Source: Octopus bimaculoides | Lineage: Eukaryota | Length of the DNA: 64,000 nt | Direction of reading: 5' to 3' | Assembly: GCF_001194135.2 (NCBI RefSeq) | Contig: NC_068989.1 | Coordinates: 43,652,218-43,716,217 of the forward strand | Shown: positions 40,081 to 54,217 of the stretch, in pieces | Numbering within the stretch: the first letter of the stretch is position 1 | Layout of the letters: each line of letters opens with the position of its first letter | Translations under genes and position numbers: made by a program | The notes under the pieces: model-generated | Told to the model about the DNA's origin: nothing | What the model saw: the letters and a program-made list of their open reading frames with translations, nothing else | The model's database searches: none

Positions 40081-41090
40081 ATGGTTTCAAATTTTGCCAG
40101 AAGGGCAGCAATTTTGGTGGGGAGGGGATAAGTCGATTACATTGATCCCAGTGTTCAACTGGTACTTATTTTTATCGATTCTGAAAGGATGAAAGGCAAA
40201 GTCGACCTCGGCAGAATTTGAACTTGGAATGTAATGACAGACAAAATACCACTAAGCATTTCGCCCATCATGCTAACAATTCTGCCGACTTGAATAATAA
40301 TAATAATCCTTTCCACTATAAGTACAAGGCCTGAAATTTTGTGGGAGGGAGAAAGTCAATTACATTGACCCCAGTGCTTAACTAGTACTTTTTCATTGAC
40401 CCTAAAAAGAGTAAAGGCTAAGTTGACCTTGGTGGAATTTGAATCCAGAAATATAAAAGATGGATGAAATGCCACACAGCATTTTGTCACGTGAGCTAAC
40501 AGTTTTGCCAGCTTACTACCTTTATCATAATAATAATAATAATGATAATAATAATAATAATAATAATTCTACTATAGCCACAAGGCCTTGATTTCCTATT
40601 TCTTTTTCTTTTTTTTTGTTGGTCGATTACATCAACTCCAATGCTTAACTGGTACTTAAATAATAATAATAATAATAATAACCCTTTCTACTATAAGCAC
40701 AAGGCCTGAAATTTGAGGGAGAGGACTAGTTGACTACATCAACCCCAGTGTTTCACTGGTACTTAATTTATCGATCCTGAAAAGGTGAAAGGTAAAGTCG
40801 ACCTCAGCAGAATTTGAACTCAGAACATAAAGACGGACGAAATACTGCTAAGCAGTTCACCCAGCTTGCTAATGATCCTGCCAGCTCGCTGCCTTGATGA
40901 TGATGATGATGATGATGATGATCCTTTCTACTATTGGCACAAGGCTTGAAATTTTGTGGGGGAGGGTGGGGGGATGCTAGTCAGTTACATCAACCCAGCA
41001 TGCAATTGGTACTTATTTTATCAACTCTGAAAGGATAAAAGGCAAAGTCAACCTAGGCAGAATTTGAACCCAGAATGCAAAGCCAGAATA
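40081..41090 (-). mobile_element. Head-to-tail array of five SINE family 2 copies separated by (TAA)n/(TGA)n
   Basis: Units at ~40081-40290, 40307-40520, 40568-40658 (truncated), 40682-40893 and 40923-41087, sharing ...cacaaggcctgaaattt...cccagtg...ggtactt...gaaaggatgaaaggcaaagtcgacc...gaatttgaactc. Confidence 0.85.
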
Positions 41091-44000
41091 TAATAACGAC
41101 ACTGATGATGATGATCCTGCTACTGTATGCTATTCACATTGTGAGACACACACAACAACAAAGTTGACTTTTTTTTTTCTTTTGTTGCTGCGTGTGGCAG
41201 ATTAGATGAGCTGCAACACGAGATGAAATACAGCAAAAATCCATCCAACCCCTGCCAACATAGCAAAAACAGACATAAAATTTTGACAATGATGACGACA
41301 ATGATGTATTGACTCTGGAAGAATGAAAGAGAAAAGTCAATTCATGTAAGATTTGAAGTCAGAAATTAGACAAAAAGCAAAAACAACATAAAATGAAATA
41401 ATCCAAGTATTGTATTTAATCCATTGTTCTACTATTTCTGACACACCATAACCACCTTATTAATATTGATTTCAAACATAAACACAAAGCAACAAAATTT
41501 TAGTTTCAGAGAGGGTAGACTTACTTAAACCTATTCTGTCACTACTTAAGTGGTGCTTAATTTATTAACCCCAGCAGGATTTAAGCTCAGAATATAAAGG
41601 CATGTAATTAAGGGAGTGCAAGGTGCAGGGTATTTGGTTTGATGGTCTTCTAGTCTGTCTGCCACCCTTGTCAATCTTCTTAATTATAACATTAATAATT
41701 GCATCTTTACCAAGTACAAAGCCATTAACAGGCGTGGGGGGGGGGGAGGATATACAATAAATTCTTAATCCGCATCAACCTCTGATAATAAACAATGTCA
41801 CAACAAATTATATCACACCGAGTTGACACTAGATTAAACTTTATACAAAGCATGAAACAGTAATTGAAAAGAAACAAAAACAAAAAAAACTCCCCTAGCA
41901 TTGCTGGATGTGAAAAAGACTATTGAAGCTGTGTACAGGTTTGTTTTATCCTCAGATACACTACCAATGGCATAGGCCAAATACATCAAGCATTGCTAGA
42001 TACGGCACTGATGAATTCTCATTCAATTATTCCCGAAGACCAAAACAGAATGTAGTGTTTTATTTTATCTCCTATTCTTTTATCAAGTTCGACTGTATAT
42101 GATAACAATGATGTTTAATTGCTCCACATCTAGGATCATCTGTGTCTAGTGGGGGTGGGAGTCTATGTCTGTTGAAATAGAATCTGACCACCACTAGTCA
42201 CACCAACACACAGGGGTCTATATTATTTATTAATAGCAAGCTACAGCATATATAGATTAGCAGTAGACTCCAAGACCCATAGGGCCCATGGACAACTGCC
42301 TAGTGTGTCCATGCATTAAGATGGCACTGCCCATGTGAACTAGTGAGATAAACAGAGTCAATGTCTTGACTAATCTGCTTCATCAACTGAGTTGTGAAGG
42401 TGGTCATGCCTTACACAAAATACAAGCTGCATGCAAAATAGTTGAGTGGATTAATAGTTCATAGGTCTGGAGTTCAAACTTGCAGCAGGCAGTTTGAGTA
42501 TCTCAGTGCTGAGCACTTTACTCTACACAGCCTCCATTCACCTGAGCTGTCTAAAGTAGGTATCAGGGTCTGAGTCAAGACAAGGGTTATTTAACAGGCA
42601 CTTAATGCCATAAGACCTGAACAAAGCAATGGCCTTGGGCTTATGAGCTACTTATATTTACAAGAATATATCTCTGGCACAAATGTTGACTTACAAAGGT
42701 TCAAGAGGAACATTAATAGCATCGATCTTGCTAGTCTAAGAGGGTCTGCAAAGGCCTTGGACACTGTCCTTTCCTCCATATCCAGCAAGTAGAAAAAAGG
42801 TTTAACCTTTTGAATGCAGAAAGCAGATATATTTGCTCAAAATTTTATTACCATTAGCTGAAGAGAAGTGTTACGCCACAGCTTTGCAAAAAAAACTCTT
42901 CTAATACTGCAATAAATGGAGACACCCCCAATGACATGACACTTTTTACAAAAAACAATATCTTAGATTTTCCTAATTTTTTTTGCATATTTCATTAAAT
43001 ATATTTTTTACAGAGTGAGAATCAAATACTTTTGGTAGCGTATATGAAAACTATACCTACATGAGAAATTGAGAAAGTATTGCAGAAACAGAAAATATCG
43101 ATTCTATATTTTTCTTGGTGGACAAGTAACATTAATACAAATAAATGAACATGAAATTTAATTACACAAAGTGAAATAACTACATCAAGGGTCCCAGATA
43201 ACTAACATCTTACTTTATGGTGCTTATAGTCTCCACAATAAATAATTCAATAACCATTATAACATAAAGAGGTTTCTTCATTTTTAATGACAAGTAAGGA
43301 TGACTAGAGATAAAAATCTTAATCTTCTTCTGATCCTTTAAAATGTCAAGAGATGCTGTGTTTTAATTTCTACACTCCTTGATTTAATGTTACATCAGTG
43401 GTGGATGTTACATGCTAACATCCAGTAAACAAACTGTCAAAGCATTAGGATCAACATTATTGTTGGCAGACAATGTCAGTGGACGTCTGAGCTAACTAGG
43501 TTTTCATTCATACATGCTTTCAAAACTAGTGCCATAGTCTTGTGAATAGCAAATCAGAGTTTATTTCAGAATTGATTGATTCATTGATTGACTGATTGAT
43601 TCCCATATCTCAGAATTCACAATATAAAGTACAGCAATAAATAAATAAACCAAAACAATTTTTTTAGCTTTCTAAAAATATCTTAAACAAATATGTTAAT
43701 GGCTGTTTTGAAAACAAGCAGTAAACTGGCCAACAGCCAAATAGAACTGAAGCAAGAAGAGCGAAAAGAATTCTGTCCTAAATCATATTATCTGAAACAC
43801 CTTCAGGCAACCCCACTGAAGTTAAAGATAAAGGTGGATTGATCAAACGCTAATGCCAATGATTTTGGCACAATAATATTTTCAAGACTAATAGTTAACT
43901 AAAAAGGAGAATATCTTCAGTAACTCTGTGACTGAATGATTAAATGGTTGGAAGCCAAGAATAGCATATAAACACATTTTTATATCTATTAAACACAGGT

Positions 44001-44989
44001 GAGATATTCAACCAATGATCTGCATGAAGAACTTACATTGATAAATGAAAACAAACTTTTCATTATAGAAGGTTTGTAATCAAGTGATGTTTGTTTCTCT
44101 CAAGTCAAATGACCTGTCTAACCCTTCAGCTAGCTTATTTTACATATAGACATAACAGAAAACGTTTCTTTTTTTCTATATGACATCAGTTAATAAGTAA
44201 TCATATGTAGCCAGTTTGTCTTTGCTTGTCAGTGCCTAGCCATGCTCAATAAAAACAAGCTTTTCTCCCCATCTTGAAAGGGAAAGCAATTACTGACAGG
44301 ACACGAAAGAACATGGCTATTGATAAGAATCCAGACAGATGTGAATGAATTATTTCTTGGTACTGAAGACAAANNNNNNNNNNNNNNNNNNNNNNNNNNN
44401 NNNNNNNNNNNNNNNNNNNNNNNNNNNNNNNNNNNNNNNNNNNNNNNNNNNNNNNNNNNNNNNNNNNNNNNNNNNNNNNNNNNNNNNNNNNNNNNNNNNN
44501 NNNNNNNNNNNNNNNNNNNNNNNNNNNNNNNNNNNNNNNNNNNNNNNNNNNNNNNNNNNNNNNNNNNNNNNNNNNNNNNNNNNNNNNNNNNNNNTTTTTT
44601 TTTTTTTTTTTTTTTTTTGACCAATGAATGTGTACAGTACTCTGCTGGTGAACTAAATTTCAATGAATTTAGGTCTTGCAATCTTTTGACTTTGCTGAAT
44701 TAAACTTAACTTTTTGGAAAACTCATTTTTAGTTTTTAGTTAAACTTAGTACTTATTCTATTGGTCTCTTGTGCTAAATTACTAAGTTATGGCATGGGGA
44801 TGTAAACAAACCAAAACCGATTATCAAGCAGTGGTGGGAAGCAAACACAAAAACACAAACACATAAATCACCAAAACTACCTTTTGGTTGGCCACACTAC
44901 CTTCTGTACTTGCGTGCTAAAAGGTAGTACACTTGTGGTTCCATAACTGAAGTTCGATCTTGATTGCTCCAGTTTCCTTTCTTGTGTTA

Positions 44990-45965
44990 CAGAGTGAACA
45001 CGGCCACTCTGCTGGAAGTGTGCACCAAGGAAGAACAGAGATCAGTAATCCAATTACTCTAGTTTGAAGGTATGTCAGAGGCTGAAATTCATTGCAGGCT
45101 TTCAATGCGATATGGGGACAGTGCTTTGCCATGTAGAAGTGTGTATGAGTGGATCAAGAAGTTTAAAAATTGTTGGACAAGTGTGAAACATGAAGAGGGT
45201 GCAGAATGCCCATGCTTGAAAGATGAGTGACCATCGATGAGGTGGAAGGTTCTCTGCAAATTAGTCATGGTTCTGCATATGAAATCATCCATGTCTGTGC
45301 ATGATAGGTGTCGAGAGAGCTTACCAAACTGCATAAGTGTAATCATGTGGAGATCTGTCAATGCTTACTCAACCACTACAATGGTGAAGACAAAGCTTTT
45401 CTTTGGAGAGAATAGTCACAGGAGATGAAACCTGAATCCATCACTTTGAGCCAGAATCCAAAAAGCAAAATATGAAGTGGGAACACAGAATTTCCAGTGA
45501 GAAAGAAATTCATGACTCAACCTTCCGAAGAGCAAGTGATGCTAACCATTTTTGGGGGATGCAAAGGACCTATACTGAAGCATTACCTGGAAAAGGGGTT
45601 CTACAATGTAGGCTAAAGTGAGATGCAGATCAACAAACTGAAACCAGCAATTCACACCAAATGCCAAGGTCTATTGTCAAAGCAAGTGTTATCGTTGCAT
45701 GACAATGCACACCCACATACGACTGTTCACACTGTTGAGTTTTGAGTTACTGGACCACCTTGCATACAGTCCAGATCCAGCCCTTCCAACTATCACCTCT
45801 ATGGATTGCTCAAACATCTTTTACAAGCTTGTTGATTTGCTATGGATGAATAAGTTCAGGAAGCAGTGCAAAAATGGCAACCTTCTTCTCCGATGGAATA
45901 AGCAAGCTTGTGGACCAGTGGAAGGAATGTACATGTACATGGAATAGGAACTATTTTTTTGAACA
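44990..45965 (+). mobile_element. Mariner transposase fossil (internally deleted, frameshifted)
   Basis: CTKEEQRSVIQLL*FEGMSEAEIHCRL...YGDSALPCRSVYEWIKKFK; RIVTGDET*IHHFEPESKKQNMKW; LHDNAHPHT; HLAYSPD. TIRs not recognised. Confidence 0.85.
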
Positions 45966-47686
45966 ACGAAAGACACAAATGGAAAACAAGACAAACAACA
46001 CAAAAAAACACAAAAAAAACTGACCCATCATATATATATAGATACACAGACACACATACACATTTATATANNNNNNNNNNNNNNNNNNNNNNNNNNNNNN
46101 NNNNNNNNNNNNNNNNNNNNNNNNNNNNNNNNNNNNNNNNNNNNNNNNNNNNNNNNNNNNNNNNNNNNNNTATATATATATATATATGAATGTGTGTGTG
46201 TGCATATATATATATATATATATGTATACACACACACACACATGCACACACAACAGGCTTCTTTCAGTTTCCATCAACCAAATTCACTCACAAAGCTTTC
46301 ATCAGCTCAGGGCTATAATAGAAGACTCTTGCTCAAAGTGTTAAGTAGTTGGACCAAACCCAGAACCATGTAATCAGGAAGCAAGCTTCTTATCAGACAG
46401 TTAAACCTGTGGAGGTAAGGGCAATGCCCATGACTTGTGGGAGGTAAATATCCTCAAACCAGAGACCTGGCTCAAATGTTTGTTGCAGAGTGGAATCTGT
46501 TGAAGGTACCCATGGAGCCATGAGGTGGTGTTGTTAAACCTGGTGAGGGTTAAAGTGTCTATGACAATCCAAGAAGTCCATGGTGGGATTTGAACTCAGA
46601 ACACAGAATGCTGGACCAATTACTACTATGACATTCTAACAACTCGCCAGTTCTGCCATCCTAGACTGGTAGTTGATTTATCAGCCCTAGAAGGATAGCA
46701 GGCAAAGTTGACCTCAGTAGGATTTCAACTCAGAATGCAACTCAGAATGTAAGTACCACAAGGTATTTCTTCTGCTGTTCTATTCACTCTGCCAATTTGT
46801 TGCTCTAAGAGAGGTCCTTAGTGGAACTTAAATATAGCAAGGTATTTTATTTATCATCAACATTCCAGTCATCTTTAGACAGCCATACAGATAGTTTCTA
46901 TGTCAGTTCCTTCCATTTTCAGGCAATCACAGAGTAACAAATTGATTTTATTTTGTAAGTGAACTTATTCATAAAAGCCCTCTATTCAATGGGGCTTCAT
47001 GAAAAAGCCCAGCAATGAAGCCACATATTTTAGAAATATACTCATCACATGTATGGAGATTAATGTGGGAAAGTGATTAGTTAATAGTTCGTATGTCAAA
47101 ACAGGAAACAGCTACAAGGAGTGAGCTCTTGAAAAGCACTTTTATAGCAAAAGGTCAAAAATGTTCTGTTCTGTATTGATTTATGGGAAAGATAATAAAT
47201 AGATGCAGGCATGGCTGTGTAGATAAAGAGTTCGCTTTACAACCACACTGTTTCAAGTTCTATCTCATCGAATGGCACGCTGGGTAAGAGTCTTCTTATC
47301 TAACCTGAGGCTGTGAAGCTTGTAAGTGGAACTGATGGATAAAAAGAGTATATATGTAGATGTGTGTGTGTGTGCATGAACCCGTATGATTGCTTACATT
47401 CTGTGTCCTAACATGCAAAGCAAAGAGCAAAAACAACAAAAAAATAAAAAACAAAGCAGTGATATCAGTTGACATTCCTTGTTGAAAAAGATCATCTCAG
47501 ACTTTTACACTTTCAAAGACAAGTGGAATTAAAAAAATATCCATTACTTCAAACGCAGACAAGAGTTATTCAGAAAAGGCATCTGGCTATAAAACAATGC
47601 CTCCATACATATTTGTCCAACCCATGCTAGCACGGAAAAATGGGTACAGAAATGAATGAAGTACTGCTGATACCATTTTATCTCTA

Positions 47687-47737
<51 letters not shown>

Positions 47738-48185
47738 TAATGGTGTCAAACCCACCAAGATATCTGATTGGGTAGCTGAGGATGGGATGTTTTCTGATTA
47801 AGAGGTGTGTGTTTCATAAGAATCTCAGCCACCAAATTCTTTGGTAATACTAATTGTAGTGATTTCATTGTTTCTTTTCGGGAAGAAGGTTGGAGGTGGG
47901 GTGCATGTTAGAGTTTTGTGAAGGAACCACTTATGGTAGTTAAAAGTTTTTATATGTGAGAGTAGTTTAGTTTGGGACCTTGTGAAATTTAATAGCAGAA
48001 GTGAGGCATCGTTGCCATCATCAGTTTAATGTACTCTTTTCCATGCTTGCATGGGTTAGAAAGAATTTATTGAGTAAACTGCCAAAAAAATTATGCCTGA
48101 CACATGCAAGCATGGAAAAGTGAACATTAAAATTATTATCATCATCATCATTATTATTAATATTATAATTATTATTATTATTAAA

Positions 48186-50248
48186 GTGGCAAGCTGACAG
48201 AAATGTTAGCACACTGGGAGAAATGCTTAGCGGCGTTTTGTTCATCCTTACATTGTGAGTTCAAATTCTGCCAAAGTCAACTTCGCCTGTCATCCTTTCG
48301 GAGGTCAATGAAATAAGTACCAGCTACATATTGGGGTTGATGTATTTGACTATCCCCTCCCACAAATTTTCAAGCCTTGTGCCTATAGTAGAAAGGATTA
48401 TCATTTTTATTATTATTATTATTTGGGTGGCGAACTAGCAGAATTGTTACTGCGCTGGATAAAATGCTTAGTAGCATTTCTTTCAACGTTACATTCTGAG
48501 TTCAAATGTCACAAAGGTAGTCATTGCCTTTTATCCTTTTGGGGTCGATAAAATAAGTACCAGTTGAGTACTGGGTTCGATGTAATCAACTATTCTCTCC
48601 AACTGAATTTCAGGCCCCATGCCAATTGTAGAAAGGCTTATTATTATTATTATTATTATGATGGTTGGCAGAGTTGGTAGAATATTGCTTTAGCTTCTTT
48701 ACATTTTAAGTCTAGATCTTGTCAAGATCAACATGCCTTTGGATCAACAACATAAAGTCCGAGTCAAGTAATTGGGTTGATTTACTGGACTTGCTCCTCC
48801 ATACCAGTTTTAAGTTTTCTGCTTTTATTAGAAACAAAGATAGGCAGAATAACTAGAGCATCAGGAAAAAATACTTTTAAGGTATTTTTTCTGGCTCTTT
48901 AATGTTCAGAGCTCAAATTCATCTGACGTTAATTTTGCCTTTTTGTTTTTAATCCCTTTGGGGGTAGGGGGTCAGTAAAATAAAGCACTAGCGAAGTACT
49001 AGAGTTGATGCAACTGACTAACCTTTTGCCCAACTTCCCCTTTCATCCTTTAGGGACTGACAAAATTAAAAACCAGACAAATACTAAGGTTGATAATATT
49101 GACTTACTTCGTCTCCCAAATTTCAGTCCCTGTACCAATACTAGAAACATTATAATTATTATTATTATTATTATTATTATTATAAAAGCAGCAAACTGGC
49201 AGAATTGTTAGCATGCCAGACAAAATGCTTTGTCTTTAAGTTCTGAGTCCAAATTCCACCGAGGTTGACTTTGCCTTTCATACTTTCAGAGTCAATAAAA
49301 TAAGTACCAGTTGAGCACTAGGGTCAATGTAATCAACTTACCACCTCTCCCAAAATTGCTGACCTTGTGTCAAAATTTGAAACATTATTATTATTATTAT
49401 TATTATTATTGTTCAGTAGTTTTATTTTTGTAACGTGCTTTCACTTCACTACCGAGCGCAGCTCTGTGCGCCTTGGGTATGTGCTGTGGTGCTCTTATGT
49501 TTACTGTATTGAAAGTGTTTTGCGTAGAATGTGTGCAGTACCCAGTAGTGCAATTTTCTGTATNNNNNNNNNNNNNNNNNNNNNNNNNNNNNNNNNNNNN
49601 NNNNNNNNNNNNNNNNNNNNNNNNNNNNNNNTTCTGTATGTTATATATATTTGTAAGTCCTGGTGTTTTTGTTATGTATTTGCCTGAATATTTTTTTTAT
49701 TATACCTAAGGCACCTACTATGATAGGAATTGTTTCTGTTTTTAGATTCCACATTCGAGTTATCTCTATTTCCAGGTCTTTGTATTTTGAAAGTTTTTCC
49801 ATTTCTTTTAGAGAAACGTTGTCATCTGCTGGTATTGATACATCAATTAGAAAGCATTTTTTTTCTTCATGATCTTTGACAACTATATCTGGTCTATTTG
49901 CCTTAATTTCTCTATCTGTGTGTATTGGCATATCCCAGAGTATGGTTGCTTTCTCGTTTTCTGTGACCTTTTCTGGCGTGTGTTTATACCATCTTTATTA
50001 TTAATATTATTATTATTATTATTATTACCACTATTATTAAGGCAGCAAGTTGGCAGAATTGATAGCAAATAAGACAAAATGTTTAGTAGCATATCATGTG
50101 TCTTTATGTTCTGAGTTCAAATCCCGCTGGGGTCAACTTTGCCTTTCATCCTTTTGGGGTTGATAAAATAAATACCAGGCAAGCACTGGGGTCGATGTAA
50201 TCGACTAACCCCCTCCCCCAAAATTGCTGGCCTTGTGCCAATGGTAGA

Positions 50249-50312
<64 letters not shown>
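48186..50312 (+). mobile_element. Head-to-tail array of about seven SINE family 2 copies with (ATT)n tails
   Basis: Units begin ggcaagctg/ggcgaact/ggcagaatt at ~48186, 48426, 48660, 48835, 49040 (partial), 49187 and 50040. They share ctgagttcaaat...ctttgcctttcatcctttcggggtcgataaaataagtaccag...ctggggtcgatgtaatcgact. Confidence 0.8.
49411..49993 (-). mobile_element. 5'-truncated R4/Dong-type non-LTR element (RLE endonuclease plus 3' UTR) within (ATT)n
   Basis: ORF 49641-49931 reads PIHTDREIKANRPDIVVKDHEEKKCFLIDVSIP...KEMEKLSKYKDLEIEITRMWNLKTETIPIIVGALG, a PD-(D/E)xK restriction-like endonuclease. Across the gap it continues ...IALLGTAHILRKTLSIQ*. Flanked by ATT repeats on both sides. Confidence 0.9.
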
Positions 50313-51512
50313 GCAGTGTCTTTTATGGTTACAGTTCACAAAATAAATATGAATTACAAAAATTTAAGAACTGGTAGTTTGAGAATAGTTTAAGAATTAT
50401 TATTATAAATTGATAAAGAAAATTTAAAAAGATATGTATATATAAAAAAAAGGATGCCAACATCTTAGAATTTTACTGTTTAATTTTGATCTAATTATAA
50501 ACATTTAGTGCCCAATAAATTACGATGTGACTATAGAAATATGGTATTTTTGATATTTATGGTCTTTGAAAGCTAAATTTCCTACACAGATTCAAATAAT
50601 TCAACTGAATAAAACCATTTTCTCTCTTTTCCTACTCTCTCTTACCTCTCATACAATATCACAATGATAAAAATATAAAAAAGCAACAAAAACAAAAAAA
50701 AAGCTAGCAAGAGTATTTCCACATCTAAAAATATTTCCCTTAATGGTTATCAATAATAGACTTGATAATCTTAATAGAAAAGCTTGTTTTTGGAGAATAA
50801 TACTGTTTTGGTTTTGTCTGTTAGTATGTCTTGTACTTTTCATTGTCTTTCATTTTTAATCTTTTTCTTTTTTTTTTNNNNNNNNNNTTTTTTTTTTTTG
50901 TCTTCAAGACTTTCAGAATGCACTGCCACTACTGGGCTGCTGAAAGCACCAAGTCACACATTCTATCAAATTGTGCCAGAGCGTTTAGTTCATTTGAGAT
51001 CTGTCTGATGTAATGTCTATATATGAATGAGCAGTGTGTAATGCTTTGTGTTATGTGTGTTCACATGTATTCATGAGTGTGTGTATTCGTTTGTAATCTG
51101 TGTGAAAGCAGTAGAAAATGAAAATAAGAGAGAGAGAGGGGGGAGATAAGGATAAAAGAAAGAGAGGGGGGATAAAGATAAAAGAGAGAGAGGAAGAGGA
51201 AAGATAACAAGAGAAGAAATACCATTAAAATGGTAACTAAGCCATCCAGGTGGTACCTTCAGAGGGCAGTGCAGAAGTTCTGAATCTGTAGAGATCTTTT
51301 AAAATTGATTTGGTTCATCATAAATTCTCAGAGGGTGTGTATGTGCATCTCTATAGGGGTTTAGGTGTGTGTGTGTGAGCATGCTTGTGTGTGTGCGTGT
51401 GAGTGAGTGTGTGTGTGTGACAGAGGGTGGGGGAGAAATGGAAAAATGTGTAGTGTGATAGAAATAGAAATAAATACTTAAGTTGAACAGTTGGTCTGTA
51501 TTTTTAAAGGAG

Positions 51513-51558
<46 letters not shown>

Positions 51559-52804
51559 AAAGATACAAAGAGATTAGTTGCAACAAGGGAAGATATGAGT
51601 CAAGAGAGAACAGTAAATGGAGTGAGCAGAAGAGAGAGAGGGGGGGAGAAAGAGAGATGGGGGGGAGAAAGAGAGAGGGGGAGAAAGAGAGAGGGGGGAG
51701 AAAGAGAGAGAGAGAGAATGAGTGAATAGGTTTAAGAAGAATTGTCATGACAGACAGATTTCAAAATCTTTGGACCAGACCATTGGTTTCGGAACGCTTT
51801 TTTATTATTTTTTACAATTTTTTTCTTCATTTTGTTCAATACTTTTGTATCGTCTGGTTAAGCTCCTCACTGTTCAGATCTCACAAAATGTGTGTGTGTG
51901 TGTATGGTCCGGTAAATGTGTGTTTATAGGAGGAAGAGAGAAGGCATTGATTTTTATCTTTCAACATTCAAGAGACAAATGAAATGAGCAGCAATGATAC
52001 AGACTAAAAGTAATCAAATATATACACTTTCCTTCTGCCCTGCTCCCACCACCACCACTACTATCTTTGTGACTAGCAAAAATATATAAATAAATAGTTT
52101 TTGTTTATAATTTTCTCTCCACTTAAATAATTTCATATCTATATTTACTATTTAGATCAAATAGTAGCTAATTGACACCTCTCACTTGCAGGGTCCTCAT
52201 ATTCAGGAATGAAAAAACAAAAACAAAATATATATATATATATATAATGAGGTTTCATTGCAGCTAAAGAGAGACTAAGTTGGAAGAAAATATATTATTG
52301 ATATCAAATTTTGGCACAATGCCAGCAATATTTGTGGGACTGGTACCTATTTTATCAAACTCAAAAGAATGAAAGGGAAAATCAACCTCAGTGAAATTTG
52401 AACTTAGAACATGAAAATGAGTGAAATACCACTAAGCATTTTTCCTGGCTTGCTAATGATTCTGCCAGCTCACCCCCTTAAAAAAAATGACAAAATATAG
52501 TACAAATACAAAGTCTTATTGCCAGAAAACCACCCATAGATATCTTCTGGCTTTTGGCCCACAAGTGCACTGCTTCTTTTCTGTATGCTTTCTACAGTAT
52601 CTAGAATGGCCTCTGCTTCTGCAAGGCGACTGGACTCAATCCACCTCTTTGCCAATCAGGCATCTCTGATTCACTTATCTTTCCTCCTCTCATCAAGTTT
52701 GTTCTGACCAATCTTGCCCAACTAGGTCCCACACTACTCACTAAACCCAGTTCCTTCCTTCCTAAACTGTTAGCCCTCTAGAATTCTCTCCCACTTTATA
52801 TCAT

Positions 52805-53420
52805 CATCATCATTGTTTAACATCCGCTTTCCATGTTAGCATGGGTTGGACGATTTGACTGAGGACTGGCAAGCCAGAAGGCTGGACCAGGCTCCAATCT
52901 GATCTGGCAGAGTTTCTACAGCTGGATGCCCTTCCTAACACCAACCACTCCAAGAGTGTAGTGGGGGCTTTTACATGCCACCGGCACGAGGGCCAGTCAC
53001 ACAGTACTGGCAACGGCCACACTCAAAAGTGTTTTTTATGTACCACCTGCACGGGAGCCAGTCCAGCGGCACTGGCAACGACCTTGCTTGAATACTTTTC
53101 TAACGTGCCACCAGCACAAGTTCTAGAAGGCAACGCTGGTAATGATTACACTCTAATGGTGCTATTTACAGGCCACTAGCACGGAAGCTAGACAGCTGCT
53201 CTGGCAATGAACACGCTCGACAGTGCTGTTAGTGCTCCACTGGCGCGGTGACTAGTCATCGAGTATGGTTCAATTTCGATTTCGATTTCACTTGCCCCAA
53301 CAAGTCTTCGCAAACAGAGTTTAGTGTCCAATGAAGGAGAGGTTGGCATGGGTGCCAGTCGTCGGATTCGGTTCGATTTCGATTTCAGATTCAAATTTCA
53401 AATCTTTCCTGCAATTATTG
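52805..53420 (-). mobile_element. Longer copy of the (GAT)n-tailed retroposon found at 34425
   Basis: The first ~290 nt match 34430-34720; it then continues through internal ggcaacg/gtgccacc repeats and ttcgatttcgatttc motifs. Confidence 0.7.
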
Positions 53421-53543
53421 ATTTATAAAGGTCCAAGAGGAACATCAATGGCATCGGTCTTACTTGCTGTAGGAGGGCCTATGAAGGCCATAGCCACTAC
53501 CCCCTACCCCCCACCACAGACAAAAAATTCAAATGGTTTAAGT

Positions 53544-53772
53544 CAGGGGTTCTCAACCATTTTTATCTATGGACACCTTTGATTGCTGTTTTTTCACACA
53601 TTAACTTGTTTAGGTTGAACTATGTAAAACGCTAGAGAAGAAAGCTACTGTTTCTTGCAAGACATACCAATATGTACATCTAAAACAAAATATTTTCAGG
53701 GGCCCTTAAAATACCCCCAAAATCTTGTTACGGACACTCAGGAGCCATATGAACCCTGGTTGAGAATCACTG
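53544..53772. mobile_element. hAT MITE
   Basis: CAGGGGTTCTCAAC...GTTGAGAATCACTG; flanks GTTTAAGT / GTTTAAAT (7/8 TSD match). Confidence 0.85.
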
Positions 53773-54217
53773 GTTTAAATGGTTTGGGCCTACCCTCACA
53801 CATGGTCATGAATGCTGGTTAATAACCAAAAATGGTACGAATACAAATGGCTGAATTTAGGTTTGTATGAAGAATCTTAAAAGTAACATAACCTGTAAGG
53901 ATTTATAGCTCTTGGTTGAGTTGCTACTTCTCTGCATGGATAGGCCACAGATCCAATATTACAGAATGTCACAGGAAAGAATTACAAAGCAGAATATTCA
54001 AGCCAAGCTAACCAGCAGGAGACCTAGGGGTTGACCAAGAATGAGATAATTGGATAATATCCAGTGTCTCAGTTGGTCATGCCCAGGAATCCATCTGGAA
54101 AGTTTAATGATGGCTGTTTCTGATAGGACCATTGGAGTAGGTTCCTGAGGACTCTACCCCCATGAACCTTCCAGGAACGGTGAGCAGAGATGATGGTTGG
54201 ATGCATGGATGGTTTGT

